From a virus (lineage: Duplodnaviria; Caudoviricetes), in IMG/VR virus record IMGVR_UViG_3300020411_000980, positions 38,353-102,352 of that record: 64,000 nt of DNA, one strand, 5' to 3'. A model generated the notes under the pieces. The model was not told the DNA's origin and did no database searches. It worked only from the letters and a program-made list of their open reading frames with translations. Made by a program: the position numbers and the translations under genes. Shown one piece after another: positions 21,453 through 30,698 of the stretch (position 1 is the stretch's first letter; every line of letters begins with the position of its first letter).

Positions 21453-23693
21453 TTAGTTTATGCTCGGAGATGCGTGTTTAGTAACATTAACAACATTAGT
21501 TTGCTTAGTCTTAACGACCTCCTTAACCATTGGTTGAACAATGAATTGAGTATTGGTCACAGAACCTCTCCATTGTTGGGATGCTTCTGTTAGAGACCTC
21601 TCTATCAATTCATTATTTATCCCACCTCCTTGTCCTCCGTCAGATGGTGTAATCTCAGCAACAGGTTCTACTACACCTGTAAATGGTGACTCCTTACCAT
21701 ACTTACTTAAAGGATTGATCCTACTTAGAGGATTATCTTTTGGTCTACCAACATCATCAGGATTAGTTGATGTTTCCCAATGTAAATGAGGACCAGTAGA
21801 GGTACCAGTATTACCTGTATAACCTAGTATTGCTCCTGCTTGGAATTTATCACCTGCTTTAAATGGTGACATCTCTTTCATATGAGCATATAACTGACCT
21901 AGACCATCACTAGATGTCCAAGCAATATAGTTACCAAATCCCTTATCAAATCCTACCTGTTGTACTGTACCTGCTAAGAACGCTTTAAGTTCTTCACCAA
22001 TTTCTGTAGCAATATCTACACCCATATGCATACCAGGTGAGAGTGCCATTTGGCGGTCTTTCATTGCTTCCGAAGTTACAATGTGACCGCCTGTGACTCC
22101 CCCATTGGTACTGTCCATAGCACTATTAGCAAGAGCAAGTTGCTCAGCTTTCTTCTCTGCAGCCAACTCTTTTTCACGTTCCCATCTCTCCTTTGCTTTA
22201 ATGACCTTTTTCTTCCTTTCAGAGAGTTCCTTCTCCAAATCAGCATAGTGTTCCTTTTCAAATTTGATACGTTCTCCTATAGTATACCTCCAATTCCAAG
22301 GTTTGTAACTATCTTTTCCTTCACCTTCTTCATCTCTTTTTTGTATCAATTCTCCAAGTTTCTTCTTGGAGTCTTCCATAGCTCTCTCAGTCTTTTTAAC
22401 ATCCCTCTCTCTATCTCTAAATTCTTGACCTGCTTTATCAACATCAGATGTATATAAACCAGTAAAATCAATCCTAGCACTCAGATCTTGGCTACCTTCA
22501 ACGAAATCAGCTATAGCTCTAGCACCATTCTTAATAATCCATACCAATCCTTCAAATGCTATTTTTGCACCTGCACCCAAGAACTTAGCAATCCCTGCTA
22601 TAGCTGACCCAGCTATTGGTGCCAAGAACTCTCCAATTTGCTTCATTACTGGTAGAAATTCATTGAAGAAATCCATCACAGGTCCAGTAATTGGTTCTAT
22701 GAATGCCTTCATAGCTGGGAACCATACATCAACAAAGTAATCTTTAATGGGACCAAAGACAGGTCTCATTGCTTCACCAAGGAATGCACCAATCTTATCT
22801 CCTATAAAACCACCAAGCATACTGCCCACTATAGGAGCAAATGGTCCTAATATGGGTGTTAACAGTGCAGTCAATCCCATAGATGTGACAGTAGCACCAA
22901 TACCTGCACCAATAGCAACGTCCGCATCATCACCTGCTGCTAATCTAGTGGTTGTTGATACAACACCAGCAGTTAGTGACATTGCCATTGGGTTGGTGAC
23001 AAAGTTCTTTGCCATCTGACCAGGTTTTACATTTGCACCAACCTTTTTAAGTGCATCTCCTACCTTAGTAAGACCTGGTCCAAGAAACTTACTTAACTTC
23101 TGAAAGTCTCCAAGTAATTTCCAAGGTTTAAGTATCCTATCTGCTACAAATAATGCTGCTAAACCACCAAGTATCTTAAGAGCACCCATTACTGGACTCT
23201 TCTCACTAAATGCTTCTAAGATCCAAGTAACACCTTTAGAGAATACCTTCCAGAATGTACCTAACCATTTACCTATAACAGTAAGTGTATTACCTATAAA
23301 CTCCTTATTATCTGGATTAGACAGCCAGTCTAGAGCAAAATATCCTATAAGCTTTTCTGCTAACCATTTGAATGGTTCTAATAACTTGGTTATCCAAGTA
23401 CCTACTTTCTTATCTGAATTACCAGACTCTTTCTGAGCTTTAGTTTGTACCTTCTTTTGTACTCTTTTCTCTAGTTTATCTTCCCTTGATTTATCCCGTG
23501 ATAGCGTCTTCTTCCTTTTATTATCTTGAATAGTATCAAGCTTATCTTCATACATTCCCACGATCATATTGCCAATATCCTCCACCACAAATCCTAAACG
23601 ATTCATTTGTGTGGTCATCGAAGCTACAGGATCTGTTCTAATATCTCCCTTAATCTTCGATGGTAGGAATTTTCTGATCTTTATCTTTGCCAT
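21453..23693 (-). CDS. Tape-measure-like protein with C-terminal M23 peptidase
   Basis: HMGVDI, LYAHM and GNTGTSTGPHLHWE M23 motifs after a long helical region. Confidence 0.75.
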   Translation of the reverse strand: MAKIKIRKFLPSKIKGDIRTDPVASMTTQMNRLGFVVEDIGNMIVGMYEDKLDTIQDNKRKKTLSRDKSREDKLEKRVQKKVQTKAQKESGNSDKKVGTWITKLLEPFKWLAEKLIGYFALDWLSNPDNKEFIGNTLTVIGKWLGTFWKVFSKGVTWILEAFSEKSPVMGALKILGGLAALFVADRILKPWKLLGDFQKLSKFLGPGLTKVGDALKKVGANVKPGQMAKNFVTNPMAMSLTAGVVSTTTRLAAGDDADVAIGAGIGATVTSMGLTALLTPILGPFAPIVGSMLGGFIGDKIGAFLGEAMRPVFGPIKDYFVDVWFPAMKAFIEPITGPVMDFFNEFLPVMKQIGEFLAPIAGSAIAGIAKFLGAGAKIAFEGLVWIIKNGARAIADFVEGSQDLSARIDFTGLYTSDVDKAGQEFRDRERDVKKTERAMEDSKKKLGELIQKRDEEGEGKDSYKPWNWRYTIGERIKFEKEHYADLEKELSERKKKVIKAKERWEREKELAAEKKAEQLALANSAMDSTNGGVTGGHIVTSEAMKDRQMALSPGMHMGVDIATEIGEELKAFLAGTVQQVGFDKGFGNYIAWTSSDGLGQLYAHMKEMSPFKAGDKFQAGAILGYTGNTGTSTGPHLHWETSTNPDDVGRPKDNPLSRINPLSKYGKESPFTGVVEPVAEITPSDGGQGGGINNELIERSLTEASQQWRGSVTNTQFIVQPMVKEVVKTKQTNVVNVTKHASPSIN

Positions 23694-23863
23694 TAAAGCG
23701 ATGGGCTCATTTGACCTTGCCTTTGTCTAGCTTCCTCTTCTCTCAGGTACCGAAGTAGCATATTAACGTATACATCCCTTTCCCACGGCATCATATTCTC
23801 AATTTCAGTTAAACTCCACTTATGATGCTGGACCATAGCGAAGTTTACTTCATACATATTCAT
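23693..23863 (-). CDS. gp51: gp51-like baseplate hub assembly catalyst (possibly made by frameshift from gp26)
   Basis: Hand-translated MNMYEVNFAMVQHHKWSLTEIENMMPWERDVYV. Confidence 0.85.
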   Translation of the reverse strand: MNMYEVNFAMVQHHKWSLTEIENMMPWERDVYVNMLLRYLREEEARQRQGQMSPSL

Positions 23864-23883
23864 CAACGAGTCGTGGGCTAGGG

Positions 23884-24588
23884 CTACGCGAAAAAACTTG
23901 CTAGACCCTCCAGTTTAACTGTACTAGTTACTTCAGTTTTAGGATTGAAGACTTCAATGTCTTTCGACAATTTAGGCATAGTTTCGAAGAACTGCTGCAC
24001 GTTAGCAAATTGTTGTGAGTTCATATCCTCAAAGAACGCAACTAATTCTGCCTTCTTGTAGTCTTTTGCTTCGTGTAGTTCTTCACCATCAGCGATTGAT
24101 TCAGTACAATCTGCTGCTAGTTTAAATACATCATCAATACCAGGATTATCAACCAAATTATTCTTAACGAATACATCCAATGAAGGATATTTCATCGTTA
24201 AAGTGATTTCATCAGTAAGTTTGATAATATTGGTGTGTTCTTTTGGAATTTGTACTTCTACTTCATCCAAATTAACTTCAACATCGACCTGTGTTTCATT
24301 GTCATCAGGACAAGTGAGTTTAAATTCACTTACTTCTCCAACAGATTTACCTCTGATCTTCAAGAACAAATATTCAATCTCAAAAGTAGCTAAATTAGCA
24401 GCATTTTTGACATTAGTACAAGATTTGATAATCTCCTTAACGGCTTTTATCATTTCTTTCTGATTTTGAGTCTCCATCGCAAGATAAAGAAGTTTCTCCT
24501 CTTTAACTAAAAATGGACGATAGGTCACTTTAAGACCACGAGGCAACACGCATTCATAATCTGGAATGCTCAGCTTGGGTAAAGGCAT
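23884..24588 (-). CDS. gp26: Baseplate hub subunit gp26
   Basis: MPLPKL, YRPFLVKEEK, EYLFLKIRGKSVGE, EGLASFF. Confidence 0.9.
   Translation of the reverse strand: MPLPKLSIPDYECVLPRGLKVTYRPFLVKEEKLLYLAMETQNQKEMIKAVKEIIKSCTNVKNAANLATFEIEYLFLKIRGKSVGEVSEFKLTCPDDNETQVDVEVNLDEVEVQIPKEHTNIIKLTDEITLTMKYPSLDVFVKNNLVDNPGIDDVFKLAADCTESIADGEELHEAKDYKKAELVAFFEDMNSQQFANVQQFFETMPKLSKDIEVFNPKTEVTSTVKLEGLASFFA
23890..23911 (-). promoter_or_regulatory. Candidate -1 frameshift signal (internal SD GGAGG + T TTT TTC)
   Basis: Heptamer 23890-23896; GGAGG 23907-23911; the -1 frame is open into gp51. Confidence 0.65.
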
Positions 24589-24625
24589 TTTGTAAGGGTA
24601 TTACACTTCAGTATATCTATTTAGC

Positions 24626-25363
24626 CTATATTCCGTACTGTGTTTGCTCAGCTGCAGGAGCATTCCATTCTAATCCCAACTTCTTAGCAATAGATGCTGA
24701 CTCACTAACAACGTGATCTGTAGTCCAATCCTTATTACGTTGTACCTTCGTTGTAAATCTATATCTCTCAAACTTAAATGCAACAGGCAGTGTCAATATA
24801 CCACTATTCTCGTTACCAAAATCTAATGTACCCATATTATATGGATATACGCCACTAAAACACCATACACCAACTGCTTTATTCAACCTACCATAGTAAT
24901 CAATACCTTCCTTTCTAGTTCTGGATAGTAAGTTAGAACCACGTTCCCACTTCCTTACCCATACTTCAGTAACATAATCATCATAGAAACCAACTCTATT
25001 CTCAGAATCAGGTGCCATAGCATTCATCCACTTCTCATAGAAGTTTCTATGCCACTGATCTTTGGTTACCATAAAAGATATATTTAATTCATTCGCTGTT
25101 TGTCCCGTAGCATAAGTCCTAGTAATACCAAAATTACGTACCTCACCCGTTGTAACGTTACGTGATGGGACTGTCACGTTACTCGCAAAGTAATTCAATG
25201 CATCACAATAATCTGCTGGGTTAAATTCCCAGCCTGGAATACGCCCGAATATTGGTGGAACTCCAAAATCAATGGAGTACAGATTACCTAAAGCAGGTTC
25301 CTTAGCTCCAGTTCCTACTAAATCCTTGAAGCGAGTAAATGAATTTTGGTGACGATGTGGCAT
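24626..25363 (-). CDS. Tail-tube family protein (gp54-like tube initiator)
   Basis: NVTVPSRNV, FYEKWMN, GVYPYNMGTLDF tube-fold pattern; position next to gp2/gp26. Confidence 0.6.
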   Translation of the reverse strand: MPHRHQNSFTRFKDLVGTGAKEPALGNLYSIDFGVPPIFGRIPGWEFNPADYCDALNYFASNVTVPSRNVTTGEVRNFGITRTYATGQTANELNISFMVTKDQWHRNFYEKWMNAMAPDSENRVGFYDDYVTEVWVRKWERGSNLLSRTRKEGIDYYGRLNKAVGVWCFSGVYPYNMGTLDFGNENSGILTLPVAFKFERYRFTTKVQRNKDWTTDHVVSESASIAKKLGLEWNAPAAEQTQYGI

Positions 25364-25803
25364 TAGAATATAATTCTAGTCGGGATGTCGATATTTCTTC
25401 CGTTGACTGTAACAACGAATTGTTCAGAGGGAATCAATCCTATATCATCCCATTCCGATTCTGGAACTCTGTAAAAAGGACTTTGTACATTACTCCTCAA
25501 GTATTTATGGAATGTCTGAGGTGGGTGATTTACATCAAAACCTGCTCTTCTAGCAGCTGGTTGTAAATAATGGACATTTGAACCCCAAAAGTGATTCGCA
25601 CTTTCTCCAGTAACATATACTAATGGGTATTTATCCCACTTTGGCATCCTTTCACCAAATTTGGCATCATACTGGAATGTGATAGCAGCACCTATCATTG
25701 GAACTGCGTCTGCTTGAAGACCAAAAAATAACTGACTCCTCCACCAAGAAGGTGACTGAGGTTTGCCATTTGATAAGTCTTTTATGTCCTCAAAGAGACT
25801 CAT
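25363..25803 (-). CDS. gp2: DNA end protector gp2-like
   Basis: FQYDAK, WDKYPLV, GSNVHYL, HKYL. Confidence 0.7.
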   Translation of the reverse strand: MSLFEDIKDLSNGKPQSPSWWRSQLFFGLQADAVPMIGAAITFQYDAKFGERMPKWDKYPLVYVTGESANHFWGSNVHYLQPAARRAGFDVNHPPQTFHKYLRSNVQSPFYRVPESEWDDIGLIPSEQFVVTVNGRNIDIPTRIIF

Positions 25804-26240
25804 ACCTTTAACTCGTGCTCTGTTAATATCACAAATTCCATCTTTCTGTCTTTACAATACTCTCGTGCTGCTTTCCATTTTGCTTGATTGACACCATAAG
25901 TGGCAATCTCCTTTAGAAGCTTCTTAGTCCTCCTCCCACGTTTCGGTTCCTGAGTTTGTGCATAAGGTTTAATCTCAATAAGTCTCTTTCGTAGTCTACC
26001 GTCGGTTCCCTTCGATTTAACATAAAAGTCAGGGAAATAACGGTGAGGCTTCCTATCAAGAGGAGATATGTAAGGTACAATAATTTCTTCACTTCCCCAC
26101 TCCATAACGTTTAGATTTCTATCACACCATACCATAAATTTCCTCTCCCACAAAGATCTATAAATAATGTTTGTGGGATCCCCTTTATATTTTGCAGGAT
26201 TTGATGGTTTGAACCTACCTGAATAAGTTTTATAGGTCAT
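25800..26240 (-). CDS. gp4: Head completion nuclease gp4
   Basis: KYKGDPTNIIYRSLWE, YFPDF, IEIKP, VNQAKWKAA; start trimmed to MTYK. Confidence 0.92.
   Translation of the reverse strand: MTYKTYSGRFKPSNPAKYKGDPTNIIYRSLWERKFMVWCDRNLNVMEWGSEEIIVPYISPLDRKPHRYFPDFYVKSKGTDGRLRKRLIEIKPYAQTQEPKRGRRTKKLLKEIATYGVNQAKWKAAREYCKDRKMEFVILTEHELKV
26159..26166 (+). promoter_or_regulatory. T4-type late promoter for gp48, inside gp4
   Basis: TATAAATA 75 nt upstream of the gp48 ATG. Confidence 0.55.
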
Positions 26241-26241
26241 A

Positions 26242-27312
26242 ATGGCATCTATTCCATCCATATTTTCTAAAGCAATCAACTCTGTACTTAAGAGTGCTGG
26301 TGAAAATAAACAGTCTAATTTTACAAATGGACCGTTAGTTTACCCCAGACAATTACCTCGACAAGTACCTAATACCGATAGTGGTATCAGAGGAGATGAT
26401 AATTATGAAACCGAGTACTTAGATTATTTAAGAATAACAATCTATAAGACTCAAGGTGCTAATGGTGCCAATCCATATACTTGGGCTGGTGATGGTGGTG
26501 GCTTTAAAGAACCTTATAAAGGTGCTAATGCCAGCAGTATTTCAAAGACTATTTATCTATACCTTCCTGTGGGGTTAAATGAACAATATTCTACGAGTTA
26601 TAACGTTACTACTCTTGGTGCTGCTGGTGTAGGTGCAGCTAACGCACTTAAAGCTGGTAAGACAAAAGAAGATGCAGTTCAAATTGCTCAAGAAACTGCT
26701 GGTACTGCTAAACCATCATTTGTTATGGACTCTGCTGCTTCAGCACTTGGTCTTCTAGGTAGTTCTGCAGATGCTAATGATCTGTTAGCAGTAACATCAA
26801 AGAAGGTGTTTAACCCTTATCAAGAAACAACATTTAAAGGTGTGAATTATAGAGATCACGCTTTTAACTTTAAATTTGCACCACGTAATGCTAGAGAAGC
26901 AAAAGAATGTTATGAAATCATATCAACACTAAGGACTGCAATGCTTCCTTCCACTGGAAGTCAAGATGATTTTGGTAACCTTAATGAGACTGTTTCTGAT
27001 GTATTAACAAGTAAATCTGGATATCTTGGTGGTGCTAGATTCCTTAACATTCCTGACATTATGAGACTGTCTATTGTAAGGATGTCCACTACTGATAATA
27101 AATCAAGGATCCCTGCTGGTATTGCTCGTATAGTTAGATTCCCTACGAAGTGTGTACTGTCCACGTTGTCTGTTAACACGTCACCTGATGGTCAATACAA
27201 TTCATTGAAAGATGGAGCAGACACATCAAGGGATTATGGTCCTGCTGCTATGGATGTTTCAATGACATTTAAAGAAACTCAGTTCATTACAAGAGAGATG
27301 GTGAGACCCTAA
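26242..27312 (+). CDS. gp48: Baseplate tail-tube cap gp48
   Basis: IYLYLP, NPYQETTFKGVNYRDHAFNFKFAPRN, MTFKETQ. Confidence 0.85.
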   Translation: MASIPSIFSKAINSVLKSAGENKQSNFTNGPLVYPRQLPRQVPNTDSGIRGDDNYETEYLDYLRITIYKTQGANGANPYTWAGDGGGFKEPYKGANASSISKTIYLYLPVGLNEQYSTSYNVTTLGAAGVGAANALKAGKTKEDAVQIAQETAGTAKPSFVMDSAASALGLLGSSADANDLLAVTSKKVFNPYQETTFKGVNYRDHAFNFKFAPRNAREAKECYEIISTLRTAMLPSTGSQDDFGNLNETVSDVLTSKSGYLGGARFLNIPDIMRLSIVRMSTTDNKSRIPAGIARIVRFPTKCVLSTLSVNTSPDGQYNSLKDGADTSRDYGPAAMDVSMTFKETQFITREMVRP

Positions 27313-28172
27313 TGGCTTATTTCAGATACCTACCTAAAGTTTACGTACGTAACAGAACCATTAAAGATGGTGTACATCCTTATGAATTGTGTAGAAACAT
27401 CTTTAGAAGAATCAAAATTAAAGATGACCTACAAGGAGCATTATTAGGTTTTACACAGTATGAAATAGAAGAAGGTGAAAGACCAGATCAAGTTGCTCGT
27501 AAATTCTATGGAGACTCAGGTCTTGATTGGATTGTATTGATTATTAACAACGTTATCAACGTTAATCAAGACTGGCCAATGACTCGTTATGATCTATACA
27601 ATTACGTTGAACAAGAACACGGTAATGTTGATGCTATAAGTCACTATGAATCTAATGAGATATTTGCTACTGATGGAACTAAGGTATTTGATGAAGGAAT
27701 CGTAGTTAATGAGGATTTCCAATACATAAGACCTGATGGTACTATCGTACCTAAATCAGAATGTCGTCACTCAGTAACACACTATGAGGTTGCTGCTGCT
27801 GAAAACGAGAAGAAGAGAAATATATATCTACTACGTGCAGATTATGTGACTGACTTCATTAATGAATTTAAGAAACTTGCTAAGTACCTACCTCACGCTG
27901 AAGTTGATGAACAAGGTAATAAGAAGACAAAAACTACTATTGCTGAAGAATTCATAGGTATATCAAGCTATAGAAAACCCAGTCAAAGCACTGCTTCAAC
28001 TGGGTCTGCTAGAGGTGGTGGTTCTAGTACTGCTCTTATATCATCTGGCGGTTCTAGTGGGGGTACTGCAGGAGTAGCATCAACAACTACTACAACAACT
28101 ACCACGACATCATCTACAACGACTCAAACAAGTAATAATAATACTCAAACTAGTTCCTCTGGTGGTTATTAA
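27312..28172 (+). CDS. gp53: Baseplate wedge gp53
   Basis: MAYFRYLP, GERPDQVA..YG...DWIVLIIN, WP; Ser/Thr-rich tail. Confidence 0.88.
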   Translation: MAYFRYLPKVYVRNRTIKDGVHPYELCRNIFRRIKIKDDLQGALLGFTQYEIEEGERPDQVARKFYGDSGLDWIVLIINNVINVNQDWPMTRYDLYNYVEQEHGNVDAISHYESNEIFATDGTKVFDEGIVVNEDFQYIRPDGTIVPKSECRHSVTHYEVAAAENEKKRNIYLLRADYVTDFINEFKKLAKYLPHAEVDEQGNKKTKTTIAEEFIGISSYRKPSQSTASTGSARGGGSSTALISSGGSSGGTAGVASTTTTTTTTTSSTTTQTSNNNTQTSSSGGY

Positions 28173-28463
28173 TTAGAAACACCAACCATTCTTTTTGTAA
28201 AAATAACAAGGAGTTCCGTGCTCATTCCATCTATTAGGTCTAAATGTAGGTCTATAGTAATGATGGTGGTGATGAGGTTCTTCGTGTCTCCACCTGAACT
28301 CCCTTTCAACTGGTTTATACCAGCAATTCCATCCAAATAATGCGTCGTGGACGCAATGGGAAGGTTCTACTTCGAACTCCCCTGATCTAATGTTGTGGTT
28401 GTACGATGCCATTGCAGGAGTACCTGCAAGGCAAGCAACAACAGCAATGGCAAATCGTTTCAT
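28173..28463 (-). CDS. Hypothetical protein with signal peptide
   Basis: MKRFAIAVVACLAGTPAMA; His/Trp/Cys-rich. Confidence 0.55.
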   Translation of the reverse strand: MKRFAIAVVACLAGTPAMASYNHNIRSGEFEVEPSHCVHDALFGWNCWYKPVEREFRWRHEEPHHHHHYYRPTFRPNRWNEHGTPCYFYKKNGWCF

Positions 28464-28469
28464 TGTTCC

Positions 28470-29387
28470 TTATCCTTCTTCTGCTAGTTTAGCAAAGTAA
28501 GACAACGCATCATCATCTTCTGTGACAGAAGGTGTAGTGTCCACTGATTCACTCCAGTCTTTTGCTTTGACTGTAGATCCTAAGTTCGCTGCAACTTCCT
28601 CTTCTGGTCTAGGTGGCACCTCTTCAGCAACAGTCTCACGGTCTACTCGACCACCAAGAACTGCTTTCAAACGTGCTTCAAGATCTTCATATGACTTGAA
28701 TTGATCAGGACTAGTGAAGTCACTTAGATTGTGAGCATCATTGTAGATCGCTTCAAGTTTAGCATCATCAAAATCACCTAGAGTATTAGGTGTGGTAAAA
28801 GTAGAATCATCATAATTCCAAAAACCAGCAACTTGCTTGATCTTCAATTTGAAGTCAGCACCCTTCCATAGATCGAAAGGATTGAAAGCGGGTTCTGGAT
28901 CATAATCATTCTCATTAGGCTGCATCTTAGCCATAATCTTGTCAAAGATACGCTTGCCGTACTTGTACAAGAATACTTTGCCTTCATTCTCAGGGTTCAA
29001 GGGATCCTTAACAACATAGATGTTGCTGTAGTAGGAAAGCTTACGCTTCTGCTTACGAGCAGTATCCTTGTCTGCTTCACTTCCAGAGTTCCATAAAGAA
29101 GAGTTCAGTGCAGAAACTGGATCCTTCTGTCCGAGGGTTGTGAGAGAATTCTCAATGTACCAACCACCTGGTCCTTGGAATGCGTGACTCCAAACCTGTG
29201 CCCAAGGAAGGTCATTCCCCTCAGTCTCAGGAAGGAATCTGATAACAGCAAAGCCGTTACCTGACTTATCGACCTGTGGTTTCCAAAATCTTTCATCGAC
29301 TTTGCGACCACCACTGGTCATTTTCTCGATTTCTTTGGTCAAGTTAGAGAACTTGCCAGACTTTTTCTTCAGTGATGAAAAAGACAT
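28470..29387 (-). CDS. gp32: ssDNA-binding protein gp32
   Basis: GNGFAVIRFLP, HAFQGPGGWYIENS, GADFKLKI, acidic tail; start trimmed to MSFS. Confidence 0.95.
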   Translation of the reverse strand: MSFSSLKKKSGKFSNLTKEIEKMTSGGRKVDERFWKPQVDKSGNGFAVIRFLPETEGNDLPWAQVWSHAFQGPGGWYIENSLTTLGQKDPVSALNSSLWNSGSEADKDTARKQKRKLSYYSNIYVVKDPLNPENEGKVFLYKYGKRIFDKIMAKMQPNENDYDPEPAFNPFDLWKGADFKLKIKQVAGFWNYDDSTFTTPNTLGDFDDAKLEAIYNDAHNLSDFTSPDQFKSYEDLEARLKAVLGGRVDRETVAEEVPPRPEEEVAANLGSTVKAKDWSESVDTTPSVTEDDDALSYFAKLAEEG

Positions 29388-29446
29388 ACGTGTGTACCTG
29401 TATTTTGTAAGTGTGAATTTACTACCCATTAAGGGTAACATACTAT

Positions 29447-29785
29447 TTAGGCTTCGTCAAGCTGCTTTTTGAAGACCCTTAACTTGTCCTCCATCTCTCC
29501 CAGAACGTCCTGTATAGTACGTCCTTGAGAGTAAACTTGGGACATTTTATCAAGTTGTGTCTTGATAATCTTGGCTTCTTCACTCTCGACTGCCATTAAG
29601 CATAGTCTAGCATAAAAGACCTTCTGCTTTGCAATAAGCATCATAGTCTTCTCCAGATGTTCTCGTTTGAGTTCATCTGACATAGATGGAAACTGAATGG
29701 ATAACCGTGCTAGTTCGGTATACAATGTCTCCATCCCTTTTATCTCTTCTTTGACTTGTTCTGATTCGTAGAATTTATTACTCAT
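29447..29785 (-). CDS. DUF1825-like hypothetical protein
   Basis: FYESEQV...KQKVFYARL pattern. Confidence 0.55.
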   Translation of the reverse strand: MSNKFYESEQVKEEIKGMETLYTELARLSIQFPSMSDELKREHLEKTMMLIAKQKVFYARLCLMAVESEEAKIIKTQLDKMSQVYSQGRTIQDVLGEMEDKLRVFKKQLDEA

Positions 29786-30030
29786 ATTGGAAGCACACCC
29801 CTTGTGGTGCGTTTAACGTAGTTTAGTTGTTGGGCATTAAACTTAATTTTGTCCTTCAGCGGTTTGCTGATCAACTTATTTACAGTATCAACCTCGATGT
29901 CCAGTTCATCGCAGACTACGATGACAGCATCGATGTAGTTTACCAACCCATTAGAATTTTTGACTACCTCCTCTACCATAGTAGAGAATTTCGCTTGAGT
30001 CATAAATTTTTCTTTAAATTCTTTTGTCAT
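29782..30030 (-). CDS. gp33: Late transcription coactivator gp33
   Basis: YIDAV, LISKPLKDKIKFNAQQLN, LPI end. Confidence 0.88.
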   Translation of the reverse strand: MTKEFKEKFMTQAKFSTMVEEVVKNSNGLVNYIDAVIVVCDELDIEVDTVNKLISKPLKDKIKFNAQQLNYVKRTTRGVLPI

Positions 30031-30698
30031 TTAATAGTAGCCATAAATTCATTGATGTACTCTAAGAGAAGTTCATAATAATAATTAAGGTCAGTCTTTT
30101 GAACGACCTGTATCACACCCTCCTCAGTCGCAATCAATGTGACAATTTGATCAACCTTGACACCACAACGTTCATAATACATTGCAGCATAAGCAGTTTC
30201 TTGAACAAAATAGTTCTCTATCCATTCAATCTTCTTTTCCTTGGTTGATGTCTTAAAGTCAATGACAGAGAGAACTCCATCAAATTCTGCTATACAATCA
30301 ACCCTACCTGCCAAACAAAGTTTGTCGCTATAGAGAGGAGATTCAAGAAGATGTATATTGTTGATCCGATCAAGAGTGTCTTTGGCAGATTTGAATAAGA
30401 AACTAGCCAGAGGGTGCTTTTCATCGAATTTAACATCTTCGTTCTTTAAGTAACATTCTACCATAGAATGAAACTTATTGCCACGTGATGTTGCTCGACC
30501 ACAAATTTTATTTGCGGTTTCCTCACCTACTTTGCGTCTCCACTTCAATATCTGATCTTTCTTACGGATACCTGTAACTGTAGTGACTGATGGGTACCAT
30601 TTACCTTCAGATACCTCATATAACCGTCCTTTTTCCTTTGTAACAGCATTAAGCTCCGTCAAAGGTACGGGCGGTCCTACAGTTTTAAACATAATCAA
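30027..30698 (-). CDS. PD-(D/E)XK exonuclease
   Basis: YPSVTTV, RGNKFH, AGRVDC, IDFKTS, YFVQETAY. Confidence 0.85.
   Translation of the reverse strand: MIMFKTVGPPVPLTELNAVTKEKGRLYEVSEGKWYPSVTTVTGIRKKDQILKWRRKVGEETANKICGRATSRGNKFHSMVECYLKNEDVKFDEKHPLASFLFKSAKDTLDRINNIHLLESPLYSDKLCLAGRVDCIAEFDGVLSVIDFKTSTKEKKIEWIENYFVQETAYAAMYYERCGVKVDQIVTLIATEEGVIQVVQKTDLNYYYELLLEYINEFMATIK

Noticed and set aside
30027-30698. Cas4-like exonuclease as a sign of CRISPR
   Set aside because: No repeat-spacer array or other cas genes seen; common phage exonuclease
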